Shown: positions 9,032 through 20,899, counted from the first letter of the stretch. The stretch: DNA of 26,154 nt from Octopus sinensis (GCF_006345805.1 NW_021835609.1:1-26154); one strand, 5' to 3'. The notes: generated by a model from the letters alone, not told the origin. Program-made: numbers and translations.

Positions 9032-9284
9032 AAGGCGGCGAGCTGGCAGACAAGGCGGCGAGCTGGAAGAAACGTTAGCACGCCGGGCGAAATGCGTTGC
9101 CGTATTTCGTCTGCCGTTACGTTCCGAGTTCAAATTCCGCCGAGGTCGACTTTGCCTTTCATCCTTCCGGGGTCGATAAATTAAGTACCAGTTACGCACT
9201 GGGGTCGATGTAATCGACTTAATCCGTTTGTCTGTCCTTGTTTGTCTCCTCTGTGTTTAGCCCCTTGTGGGTAGTAAAGAAATA
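9032..9284 (+). mobile_element. Full-length tRNA-derived SINE family A within (TA)n
   Basis: AAGGCGGCGAGCTGG head (duplicated), B box GAGTTCAAATTCC, tail ...CCCCTTGTGGGTAGTAAAGAAATA; (TA)n on both sides. Confidence 0.92.
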
Positions 9285-10310
9285 TATATATACATATATA
9301 TGTATATGTACAAGAGTCTGTATGATGGTGTACAGATCTAAGCCATCACTAGAACTGCAAAAAAATGTGAGACTTTCCAGAAGTTTATCATTTATATATA
9401 TATATGAACATGTCTAGATATGCAAGTATATACATGAGAATACATACATAAAGCAAAACATACAAATTTCCACGTTGTTGTTGATGTTGAAATTACAGTG
9501 AAGGTGCCATAGATAAAGGTTAGAAACCGAGTCTTTCTCTATTGGCAAGAAATCTTTGAAATAAAACTGAATATTGACACACCTACGTACGTCTATATGT
9601 ATGTATATATACTGCAACTCAACCACATGTTTACAATCACCGGGAACTTTCTTAACTCCAAAAGTCATGTTGTTTCGTTAGCAACCAGCTTGAACTCTCT
9701 CAAGTAGAACTAAAATTAAACTCAGAAAAAAAAAACCATTATATATAAAAAAAAAACATCAACCGGCAGTGATGTCTTTGATATGTAAATCATTCAATTT
9801 GCTACTCCACACGTTTAAAGTTCAATCCATATTTTCTAGTGAAACGTGTGTTATTAAGAACATTTTTGAAGCCAAAAGGGCTCAGTGTGTAACTCTTGGA
9901 TTCTTGCACCGACAAAGGATGTTCAGTGCTTGACAATGACAACGGTCGGGTTTCCGAGGTGTGGATCGCTACGGGTGACTAAAAAAAGCTACTTTTTGAG
10001 CCTAAAGGTATCGACTCATCTCTTTGTGTTCTCCATCGTCTGTATTTCCTTTCAAGCTTTTATATTATCCAGCATCACCACCAACATCGCCGTCGTCATC
10101 GTCACTGTCTTCCTCCTCCTCCTCATCTTCTTCATTATGAACATCATTATCATGCTCATCATAATCTTCATTATCATCATCACTGACAACACCATCATAT
10201 TTATTGTAATCATCACAGAATTCTTTATATATTTATTCTTTTTGTTTTCTATTCCTTCGTTTTTTTTTGTTTTTTTCATTTTTCATATTATTTGTATAAT
10301 TGACAACGGC

Positions 10311-10332
10311 AACAGCAGCAGCAGCAGCAGTG

Positions 10333-10417
<85 letters not shown>

Positions 10418-10466
10418 TAGTAGTAGCAACACCAGCAGCAGCAGTAGTAGTAGTAGTGGTAGTAGT

Positions 10467-10498
<32 letters not shown>

Positions 10499-10600
10499 TA
10501 GTAGTAGCAACAGCAGCAGCAGCAGTAGTAGTAGTAATATTAGAAACAGCAGCAGCAGCAGCAGTAGTAGTAGTGGTGGTAGTAGCATCAGCAGCAACAG
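10311..10600. repeat. Compound (AGC)n/(AGT)n microsatellite (degenerate (ATC)n upstream at ~10070-10215)
   Basis: Directly visible. Confidence 0.95.
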
Positions 10601-10689
10601 CATTGTCCTCAAACCATATAGAGAGACAGACAGACAGACAGAGAGTAGAGAGATGAATTTTGGTGATTTCACAGCAGCCGTAAATTAGC

Positions 10690-10810
10690 TAGTGAGTCAT
10701 TGTCGAAATTTCCAGCAACAATTTGATATCGAATCAATCTTTAATCCCTCAGGGTTCAATAAAATTGATATATTAGTTTATATGGAGGTAAACCAATCGA
10801 CTCTGACATA
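10690..10810 (+). mobile_element. Highly diverged SINE family A relic
   Basis: TTTAATCCCTCAGGGTTCAATAAAAT...AATCGACT resembles family A TTTCATCCTTTCGGGGTCGATAAAAT...AATCGACT. Confidence 0.35.
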
Positions 10811-11006
10811 AAAACCCTATGAAGTCTACCTTGTGCTTCCGCTAATGTGTTTTTATAAGGTTTGCAAAAAGAAGCAATAGAATTCATTTCAAAAATGTCA
10901 CTTCAGTTATTTTCATAGGGGTGGGGGCATCGATAAGCATCACAGTAAATAAACAATGAAACTGAACTAAGACGGGGGCAAAGCTATCTGACTGTATAAT
11001 GTTCGC

Positions 11007-11054
<48 letters not shown>
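11007..11054. repeat. (AAT)n
   Basis: Directly visible; abuts the 5' side of the non-coding unit. Confidence 0.95.
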
Positions 11055-11608
11055 GCCCTGATGCAGTACCAGGCAGTGGCTCTCATGCCTTCTGATCTTA
11101 ACTGATTAGAAGTGTTATCATGTACATTGTTTTGTCTTGGTATAAAATATGGGCTTCAGCAAATATTTTGCTCAATACCACAGATTTGCTTGTCAGTTGT
11201 TTGACCTTAACCAGTTGAGCATGTCCCTTAGTGGCTGACGACATGTGCATCTCTGATCACGAGCAGAAGTAGTGTGGGAGCATCATAGCCATGTGTTGAG
11301 AGGGATCCTTTAGGGTTTGGATAATTCACCTCTGGAAGCATGGGCGGTTCATTAAACATCCTTAAACAATCCTTATTCAAGGACCTTTTGAGCGGGATGG
11401 GTTACTCTACCAGAAGAAAATTCTAACTGGGCCCCACCTGCAAGGTCATGTGCTGTTTATCTTGATATGAGATCACCATGTCGCGCAAATATGGTTGTGA
11501 TGCATGTGTCTAGTGTACGCTAATCAAACGGGTAGCCATGATGGGTATACTGGGCTTCATATATTTTACCCCAGTGTCACTTTGATGGCATGCACTGCTC
11601 TCTCACTC
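11055..11608 (+). mobile_element. R4-associated non-coding repeat unit, copy 2 (longest, ~550 bp)
   Basis: Homologous to 2526-2985 (minus) and 12851-13150; (AAT)n on both sides; no recognisable ORF or Pol III boxes. Confidence 0.8.
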
Positions 11609-11635
11609 AATAATAATAATAATAATAATAATAAT

Positions 11636-11688
<53 letters not shown>
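11609..11688. repeat. (AAT)n
   Basis: Directly visible. Confidence 0.95.
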
Positions 11689-11691
<3 letters not shown>

Positions 11692-11695
11692 TGAT

Positions 11696-12848
11696 AAGTC
11701 AGTATGGATAAGAACCTGAAGGAGTTGATTAAAATTGGAAATAATGTAATAGATGAGATAAAATCAACAACGATAGAACCACTAAATATAACATCGCTAA
11801 ACCAACTGACCTATGCTAGTGCTGCAGCTAATACTGAAGCAAAAGGCATAAAACGAAGAGAGAAAACTGCTCAACAGAAGAAAAGACTATCAAAATGGAA
11901 AGAAAACTTAGAAAAGGATACACAATGCATGAGAGGCGACCTATCAATACTGACTGAAACAAGTAAGGGAAACCAGGTCAAGCAAAGAAAATCCAAGAAA
12001 ATATGCAAAAAGCATGGGATCACATGAATAAAAATGAAATACCTGAAGCAAAAGAAAATCTAAAGCAAAAAATCCAAGCAAAGGCACAACGACTGTCACG
12101 ATATATAAAGAGAAGCAAACTATTTAGATAAAACAAATGATTTAAAGAAGATGGAAATAAATTTTACAGGGAAGTCGGTAAACAACAAATAGATGTTGAG
12201 CAATCGCCAAAGAAAGAGGATATGGAAAATTTCTGGAGTACGATATGGGAAAATGAAAAACAATGTAATGAAGATGCAGAATGGATTAAGGAACAAGAAA
12301 TATTCCTGGAAAATAAAGAGGTACAGGAATGGGAAGATATTCCAAAGGTGGAGGTCACCCTGGCCCTGAAAAAGGCCAGCAATTGGAAGCCACTGGGAAT
12401 AGATCGAGTACCAAACTTCTGGATCAAACAGCCAGTTGATATACATGGATATATGTCATCAGCATACAACGAAGTCATGAAGAACCCAGAAAATAGCCCA
12501 GAATGGTTGACACAGGGAGTCATACCTAATACCAAATACAAATGACAAGGAAACCCCAAACAACTATTGACCATTCCTAGAAGAAAACAACCTACTACCA
12601 CCAGAACAAAAGGGTTGTTAAAGAGGGAGCTACGGATGCAAGGACCAAATGTTGATAAACAAAATGATCATTGAAGACTGCAAAACCAGGAAAACGAGCC
12701 TGAGCAAATCATAGATCAACTATAAAAAGTCGCTCGATAGTGTATTTCAGGGATTTTGAAAGTGATGGAAGTATACAAAGTATCCCCAACTCCCAAGTTT
12801 ATGAAACACAGCATGAATACTTGGGAAACTACGTTGACGCTGAACCAT
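11696..12848 (+). mobile_element. R4/Dong-like LINE ORF fragment (pre-RT region and first RT motifs), degenerate
   Basis: KQKIQAKAQRLSRY...ENFWSTIWENEK...KKASNWKPLGIDRVPNFWIK...PEWLTQG...FLEENNLLPPEQKGC*RGSYGCKDQMLINKMIIEDCK...INYKKSLDSV; stops, frameshifts and an internal deletion. Confidence 0.88.
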
Positions 12849-12850
12849 TA

Positions 12851-13150
12851 TTTGAGGAATTATTTGACGTTTGAATAATTCACCTCTGGAAACAAGGGTC
12901 TTTCGTTCAGCATCCTTAAACAACCCTTATTCAGGGACCTTTTGAGCGGGATAGGCTACTCGATACGAAGTAAATTCAAACTAGGCCCCCACCTGCAAGT
13001 CCATGTGCTGTCTATTTTGATATGAGATCACCATGTTGCGCACATATGGTTGCGATGCATGTGCCATTATCAGACGGGTAGTAACGATGAGTATACTGGG
13101 CTTCGTATATTATACACCACTGTCAATTTGATAGCATGCAATAACAATAA
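12851..13150 (+). mobile_element. R4-associated non-coding repeat unit, copy 3 (3' half) fused directly to the RT fragment
   Basis: GAATAATTCACCTCTGG...CCCACCTGCAAG...GAGATCACCATG...TATACTGGGCTTC...GCATGCA plus short AATAACAATAA tail. Confidence 0.8.
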
Positions 13151-14002
13151 ACCTGATGATATAAAAGAAATAAGCTTCTGAATTAATAAAAATGCACCCG
13201 TCAGTACAACTTATTGTATGAATCACATTTAGGTATTACACCCAGAATCTATCGGTGAAATAACACCCTTGTACGTTACCAAGGTAACCAACCGTGCGTG
13301 AGTAACATTTCTGGTCGTAATGATAGAATAAACGCAAGCAAAAGTGAGTGAAACAGAAGCACTTAATAAAACCCGACCTTATAAAATGTTTATTTCATCA
13401 GATGACAAACAACAATTATATCATTTATACAAAACGTACACATGCATGCGAAGGGAAGCATCAAATAAACATAGTGAAACGATTTTTTAATACAAATAAA
13501 GCAGAGCGAAACGACCGGAAAAAACAAAGTCAAGGCTATTTCAAAGCAAATCCATTATTGTTGTGGGTGAGTCAAACAGCAACAAATACACGACCCGCGG
13601 AATGAAAATGTACAAAGATTTTCATTGGAAGAGTTAGTGACTTGGTAACAGGAGAGAATGCGTACCTACCGTTTCAGTGCCTTCCACTCGACAGCCTTGT
13701 AATAATATAACAGCGTTTCTTCGTATTTTCCCGCTTTATTCTGTTCACTATGAACAGAATTTAGCATCACATTTTAAGTGTGGTTTTAAACTTTTCACTG
13801 TTTCTTTTATGGTTCATCACAAATTTATCTATACCGACCACTCCTGCTGTTTGGTACTTTACAACTACTAGGGAAGATAAAAGAAAAGCATTTTCATTTG
13901 TTTCGTTCCCGTTTTGCAATAAATTTAATTTGAAATTTAGCTCCTGTTATTCTCTATTAGATGTTTGCATTCCCTCTATGGGTACTTTGCAATAGTGTAC
14001 TA

Positions 14003-14285
14003 GGCGCATGGATCAGTGGTTAGAGCGTCGAGCTTACGATCGTGAGGTTGTGAGTTCGATTCCCGGACCGGGTTGCGTGTTGTGTTCTTGAGCAAGACAC
14101 TTTATTTCACTTTATTTCACGTTGCTCCAATTAACTCAGCTGTAGAAATCAGTGGTGTGGAGGAGGGAGGCTGGTATGCATGGGTGACTGCTGGCCTTCC
14201 GCAAACAACCTTGCCCGGACTTGTGCCTCGGAGGGTAACTTTCTAAGTGCAGTCCGATGGTCATTCATGACCGAAGGGGTTCTCC
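14003..14285 (+). mobile_element. tRNA-derived SINE family C (CORE-like body)
   Basis: A box TGGATCAGTGG (14009-14019), B box GAGTTCGATTCCC (14052-14064), CORE-like TTCTTGAGCAAGACACTTTA; 10-bp internal duplication ACTTTATTTC. Confidence 0.8.
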
Positions 14286-16357
14286 TCTCCTCCTCCACTA
14301 GCATTTCAGTTAGATCAGTGTTCTGTTTCTTGTAGAAGATTAATTTGGGACCCAGAGGACATAAGAAACCCATGGCAGTTGAAACCAACTAATGTTGGAT
14401 GAGGTTGACTAGGAACCACTGTTGAAACCCTTCCGCAAGCAAAGACTGAACTAGCTCAGTTCTCACTACTTAATTCAGGAAAATGTTAAAGACTAGGGAA
14501 TGAAATTTGTAATCCTAGGACCCCTGCTGATCATACGAAAGAGTTTCCGAAATTGCGACTGATTCAGAAGAGCTTGCAGTACCTCTGAGTATCTCCAGCT
14601 GTTTCTGCGTAAGGCAAAATCTCTCCGGTATTTATTGCACCAGGTTTTCCATAGATTCGTTGTCAATATTAAATTTCGAGCCCCTTTTTGCGTTGTAATG
14701 CGAATACATTTATGCTGTTTGTCCCTCTATATTCTTGCAAGTGTATGTAACACCACTTCGAGAAAAAAGGTAAAATTTCATCATTATATAAGTCATTTGA
14801 GAATTGATGCGTATTACCTAATTAACTCGTATTTAACTTTGGTTTTACTATTATTCTAATGCGATTATCAAATTCTTTGATAACATTTTATTGTCAGTTG
14901 TGTGTTATGCCCTTTGTTTAGTTCGTTAATTCCTAAGTATTATTAGTAAATCTGTGTTTTAGTTCCATGATATCTATTTCTGATAAACTATTTTCCTGAT
15001 AATAGACATCATTTTAATTAACTTTCCAAATCCCACTGTTGCTTTGTCGGTTCTTTTATTTAAAACCTCGAGCCAATTTCTCTAACAGAGCCCTGTACCG
15101 TCAGTAACTCTTATTTCAAATTCTTTATCAACAACGGCATAGGTTTATAGGTAAAACATATAGAAAAGATGAGATGGTTGATCGTCTGGTGTTATTTTGC
15201 TAAATATATTCTGAAAGTTGTGTTATGTGGTGAACGTGTTAAATAAGGAATATGTATGTTGTCTTCTTTCGTTTGGTGTTGATTGTGTAAAATAAATGTT
15301 TAATCCGTGACCGCTGAGGCACTTTTCACATGCGACGCATTGCAATTGCTATAGGTCGTTTTCTTGGTTTAAGACGGTATAATACGATCGGTGCAAGATT
15401 TGACTGCAGTTTCTAGCATATTGAACTACAACGTAAATGATGGTTAACCTTCAGGAGAGTAAATAAGAATTTATAACGATTTCACTGTACACAGGTGGTA
15501 CGAATAGTTTTAACTAATACTCAGATGTTTATTGACACGGAAACGTGGAATTTAGGTCTTTCAAGCCATCAGCAAGAGTATTGCTAAATTATTTCATTCC
15601 GAAATATAGTCTCTAAACTAAAGTAATGTCGTTAATACTTTTTCTGAAATTTATGCATGCCATCACCACCCATTTGCCATCACCCACAAGTCTGAGGCTT
15701 CGTGTTAATGAAAAACCGATTCGTAGAATCAATAAAAAAAATGGAATCTATTTAAAAAGAAATGCTTTGCTCAATAGTCCTGGATACTAATGTTCATAAA
15801 ATAAATCGATTTCTATCAATCTCAATGGAATTCCGATACAAAATACGATAAAGATGTTTATGTTCTAAAAATTAGAAAATTTCAATGGAATTTGCCGAAG
15901 CAAAGGAGAAAAAAATTCAATAAATAACGTATAAGATAGTATAGATATATATCCCAGAGGATAAATTATATATTTTATAATAATTTAAATATAATTGAAA
16001 GATATAGAATATCAATTCTCTATCTTTTATTTTTAATGTAGATTACATCGTGAAAGAACTACCACTAACCGACTTGCGCATTATTGTATTAGCGATTGGA
16101 TTTCTGTTAAATGTCTTCACAAATACTAATCCCAAATAACTTCTTACCTTATTTGAGCCAATGACAAGGTTACCTGATCTGCTACAAATACCAGTCACAT
16201 TTCCTGAAATTATACTCTGCATTCTTGGAAGACGGTTATATTTTAAATTAATTCTTACATACGTAAAAATGGAATCAAAATAACGACATACGAATATATG
16301 ATTATTTCCTTTTCACTCTGTACAACATACGCAGCATAGATGTCGTACAAACATATG

Positions 16358-16463
<106 letters not shown>

Positions 16464-17087
16464 AACACTCGACTGGCAATGCACTTGAATTCGGGTTTAG
16501 CAATTTTTTAGGGAGAGAAAGGGAGAAAGAAAGGTACCAGGAACCACATGTGTCTTTGGAATTCGCAGGAAAATTGTCCTTGTAATATAACGAATAGTTT
16601 TGTGTGCTTCTACCTTTGTTTTATAAGTAGATTACTGTAGCCGCCCTCTGTGAGTTGACATCCCCGGGGTGCCGTTTCGAAGACAATTTATCACATTTAG
16701 ACAGTTCCAGCTACGACTGCCATCTTGGAAAGCTAAAACAGTGTTTAAAAATCTGAAGATTTCACTTGAGAAGTTGAAAAATGGTGTGTGCTTCGTTATT
16801 CACGTTGACTGTCTATTAGGTTACAGCGATTCAGTTTACAGCGAGATGCTAGCTTAGGATTTGCAGAGACGAAAGTGTCTAAATTCGATTAAAACATAAA
16901 TTGGTGTGAGATGCACGAGTAAATTAAATATATTAAAGTAGATGAGAGTCAAGTTAACAGTAGCTTCCATTAATCATCTTTCTCACAACCAAACACAAAA
17001 AACAAGTTTTAATTTCATGTCATTTTCGATCAAAACAATTTTATTAACAAGTTATGGCTTTACTTTAAATTTACCCTTAATTGCTTT

Positions 17088-17316
17088 TCTTCTTCTTCTT
17101 CTTCTTCTTCTTCTTCTTCTTCTTCTTCTACTACTACTACTACTACTTCTTCTTCTTTGTCTTCTTTTTGTCTTCTTCTTCTTTTCCCTCTTTTTCTTCT
17201 TCTTCTTCTTCTTCTTCTCCTTCTTCATCATCATCATCATCTTCTTTTTCTTCTTCTTCTTCTCCTTCTTCATCATCATCATCATCTTCTTTTTCTTTTT
17301 CTTCTTCTTCTTCTCC

Positions 17317-17362
<46 letters not shown>

Positions 17363-17428
17363 CCTTCTTCTTCTTCTTCTTCTTCTTCTTCTTCTTCTCT
17401 TCTTCTTCTTCTTCTTTTCCTCCTCCTC
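17088..17428. repeat. Compound (TTC)n/(ATC)n/(TAC)n microsatellite
   Basis: Directly visible. Confidence 0.95.
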
Positions 17429-18643
17429 ATTTCCAATGTTTCTTTCCTTCTCTTTTTACTTTGTTCTTTTCATTCCCTTTCTTCGTTTCGCCGTTCATTC
17501 ATCCTCTCCTTCTTTAATTTTTTTCTTTCTTTCTCTCCTTCTTCGATTGTTTTCTCTATTGAAGATTGCTTTCATCAAATTCCTTGTCATTCTTTCCTTA
17601 ATTCATTATGCATGTATATGTGTACGAGTACATACACACGCACACAAACATGCATAGAACTATATATATATATATATATATATACACGTGTATGTGTGTG
17701 TGTGTACATACGCGTATGTGTATGTATTATGACGTATGTGTCTGAGTGTTGCTGTTTTCACAAATAAAAGGAAAGGGTAGGAAATGTAGGTGTGTAGTTT
17801 TATATTTATAAGCAATTGATTTCTCATACATTCTATTGCAGCACAACGTTTCTCACATGCGCTACACGCACGATCGAGCAGGCAGTATCTTGTGAATTAC
17901 AGAAGCCGTTTTGTTAGAGCTTTTGTTCTAGGTCAGTTATCATTGCGCAACGTGCGTTACTGAATATGCATCAAATTTTGAATGCCTCGAATGATTAATG
18001 TTGTTTAAAAGAAGGCAGAACGAGCCTCACAAATGTATTTGTTTGAGTCTTGGAGACTTCAGATTGAAATGGGTTCCCATGGATTTTCAGGAACACGGAA
18101 AAATATTTCTTCGATGATAACTAGATGATATTTTGAATCCCATTTAATTTGATATCAATGGTAGCTTTTATAATCGGAACTTCACTGAAGTATATAGATA
18201 TATTTGAACATGGTATAGCTTAGTACATGTTGGTCTATGCTTCAGTCGCTACTTCTGAGTACCAGAAAATTTGGTGACATAATTAGAGTTTGCCTGTCTC
18301 TGATTTCAAAATGTTTGTAGATGGAGGAAATAACGGAATTTGAAGGAGTTGGCAGTAAGTCGTATGTATTTCCCGTCTATGATTTAGGTCTTACTACGTA
18401 GATAAGCAAAACCCTCCGAATGAACGCACAAGTGGGTGGTGGCGACTGTTGGCGACTGTCTTCTGCTTCAAATGTGTGATATAAGAACGATGATATTCAG
18501 CATCCAATACGTTTTGATGACCTTTACATATTAGTAATGACATGTTTATAGCATCTCTGCGTTGGAAGTGAACGTTAACTTGCGAGAGATAGAGAATAAA
18601 CTTTACAATTAATAAATACACACACACAGCTGAAAAAAACTTT

Positions 18644-18739
18644 AGTCAACAAGAAGGAGTACGGGTGGATATTTATTTTCATTCACTACAATTGTAGTGG
18701 TTGAAAATAAATGTCCAACTGTACCCCTTCTTGTTGACT
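18644..18739. repeat. 96-bp imperfect spacerless palindrome (48-bp arms, 42/48 match)
   Basis: Left arm AGTCAACAAGAAGGAGTACGGGTGGATATTTATTTTCATTCACTACAA; right arm reverse complement AGTCAACAAGAAGGGGTACAGTTGGACATTTATTTTCAACCACTACAA. Confidence 0.9.
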
Positions 18740-19226
18740 CCAAATTTTTTCGATTACCTATTCACAAACGGCAGATGCCCAAATGCAAACCTGGAAGTAT
18801 GTATAATACTACTACCGGAGAGCACAAGGGGGTATCTGATAGTGTGGACGAGCTTTATACTGTACTCTACTATGTTCTTAAAAGAAAATATCATAACTAT
18901 ATATATATATATGGCATGAAGAACATGGAGGGAGTCCAAAGGTACTATTCATCAGTTGTTAGACATTATAATATAATAAATAAATAGACATAATATGATG
19001 TCTAACAGCCGATGAAAAAAACCTCTGGATTCCCTCCATTTTCTTCTTGCCAAATAAATTAAGGGTAAAACTATTTATTACCCTCGCCTAATCATTATAT
19101 TCAGTAGGGTAATTACTACACAATAACCAAAACTTGTGTATTAATTAGGTATTCTACCAACAGTATATTGGATAGATACTACCCCTTCGTCGGTTGTATT
19201 CACAACCTCTAACTCTCTTGGAATTA

Positions 19227-19395
19227 TATATATATATATATATATACCACGTGCGTCTTTCTGTTGTTTCCGTCTACTAAATCCACTTCGAAAGCTTTGG
19301 TCGGCCCTAGGACGTACGAGAAGACATTTACCCGAAGTGGGATTGAACCCTGAATCATGTGGTTGGCAAGCAAACTTCTAACCTCATAGCAACAC
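19227..19395 (-). mobile_element. SINE family B, 5' half only, diverged
   Basis: Minus: AACCACATGATTCAGGGTTCAATCCCACT...GTGGATTTAGTAGACGGAAAC; ends at (TA)n. Confidence 0.75.
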
Positions 19396-19460
19396 CTTAA
19401 AAAAAGGCGGCAAACATAATCAAGTTCGTACAATGGAAATCAAAATTTAATGAGAAAATA

Positions 19461-19650
19461 CAGTAAATCCGCGTCATGTCGCGGTTCGCCTATCGCGGTT
19501 TATTATTTAAGCTTATGATGATTCCTCTGTGGTGTTGTTTTGCATTTATAATAAAATAAATATATACAAATTATAAAAATAGTAAAAAAATATACAGTAC
19601 AGTACTGTTTCTAATTCGCGGATTTTCTCCTATCGTGGGGGCTTTTGAGA
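19461..19650 (+). mobile_element. Possible truncated pogo/Tigger-like non-autonomous element
   Basis: TA|CAGTAAATCCGCG start and repeated TCGCGG...CCTATCG(C/T)GG motif near both ends; no right TIR found. Confidence 0.35.
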
Positions 19651-19780
19651 ACCTGCAGCGCCCTCAGAAAAATTCAGACAGCTGCCGCAAATATGTATCT
19701 CTAAATGTTCGAAGCCACTCTTATCAACTTGATAAAGAAGATATGATTGTTTTAAAACACGTTGATAAATTACATGACAC

Positions 19781-20218
19781 GGATCTTTTCGGTTTGAACG
19801 GCAGTTTTTTCTAGCGGTGTCATATGAAATTGTCACCCATAATTATGACCCTAGTATCGATCTATTGCATTTCAATCTATTTTAGGGTTAGGGTTAGTTA
19901 GGCTTAGGGTTAGGGCTAGGAGTGGGGGGAAAGGTATCTATTTTTCTTCACAAATGTAAATAAACCCAATCTGTTTTTTAAACGAGGGACATATTCATAC
20001 GGTACAGAATGTTGCTTACCTCAATGGACGTCAGTGATTGGTTGAAATTGCAGAAATTTAAGAAAAAAGCAACAAATATCTAACAAACTATAGAATATTC
20101 TCAATAAAGCAAAGAGAAAAATATGTTTAATAAACACATTCTACCAGTATACGAAGTTTAAAATTTTTTAGTTACCTAGAAATTATGTTAAAAACTGCCG
20201 TTCAAACCGAAAAGATCC
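19781..20218. mobile_element. 438-bp MITE with perfect 29-bp TIRs and 8-bp TSD (Merlin- or hAT-type)
   Basis: TIR GGATCTTTTCGGTTTGAACGGCAGTTTTT at 19781-19809 and inverse at 20190-20218; TSD CATGACAC at 19773-19780 and 20219-20226. Confidence 0.92.
19882..19920 (+). repeat. Interstitial degenerate (TTAGGG)n inside the MITE
   Basis: TTAGGG TTAGGG TTAG TTAGGC TTAGGG TTAGGG CTAGG. Confidence 0.85.
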
Positions 20219-20404
20219 CATGACACTCTTCCAACGATGATTACCTCCCTTGTCTACTCCCTTTTGTCTTCTTTCATATGAGTGTTCTTTCCTTACACGT
20301 CTTCTGCTTCAAAAAACAACTGACGAAATATCGTATCCTGAGCTTGAAAATGGCGAAATAAATTAATGTGATGGGTGGGGCGTGTGCGTGTGTGTGTATG
20401 TGTC

Positions 20405-20636
20405 CGTGTGTGTATGTGCGTGTATGTGTATTTGTCCAGAAAGCACCGCATGGCAACTGGTGTTGGTGCCTTTACGTTCCCTTACCTTAGCGGCTCGGCA
20501 AAAGAGACCGATAGAGAAAGTGCCAAGTTTAACAAAAATAAGCACTGGGTTCAATTCATTCGACAAAAATAAGCATCGCGGTGCCCCAGCATGGCCGTAG
20601 TTTAAGGACTACAAGAAATCAAAGGTAAAAGTAAAA
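20405..20636 (+). mobile_element. SINE family B, 3' half only, diverged
   Basis: TTAGCGGCTCGGCAAAAGAGACCGATAGA...CCAGCATGGCCG; preceded by (TG)n. Confidence 0.75.
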
Positions 20637-20899
20637 TGTCTTGGATGATTACACCGGAGGCCGGAGAAGTTGCTTCTATCATCAAATATTTCGTCGCGGT
20701 TCTTGAATGAAGGTCAGAGGTAATGGCATGGTTTTTCTTGGATAGGAATATTCTTCTAGATCATAGTACTCTGTCCATATGGCAGTAAGTGATATGCTTG
20801 CCTCTATGGTGGCCGAACGGTGCCAACTGGTGTGCATCGGACACACGGATTTGCTTAATCACGGAACATCTAAATATACCTTGCTTGATGGATCGTTTG

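Noticed and set aside
9440-9600. Hammerhead-like string CAGTGAAGG...GGTTAGAAACCGAGTC
   Set aside because: No CUGANGA core and no convincing stem I; probably an unclassified repeat.
13738-13760. 10-bp perfect hairpin ATTCTGTTCA-CTA-TGAACAGAAT
   Set aside because: Expected by chance in 26 kb of AT-rich DNA.
14003-14075. Functional tRNA genes at SINE heads (also 25220-25294)
   Set aside because: Acceptor and anticodon stems do not close by eye, and each continues into a SINE body.
19882-19920. True telomere or chromosome-fusion scar
   Set aside because: Short, degenerate, single orientation and enclosed by MITE TIRs.
18321-20784. Micro-exon candidates 18321-18354 and 20760-20784, both ending GGCA|GTAAGT, and 18698-18796
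   Set aside because: Joined peptides match nothing I recognise; the middle candidate overlaps one arm of the palindrome. Needs RNA-seq.
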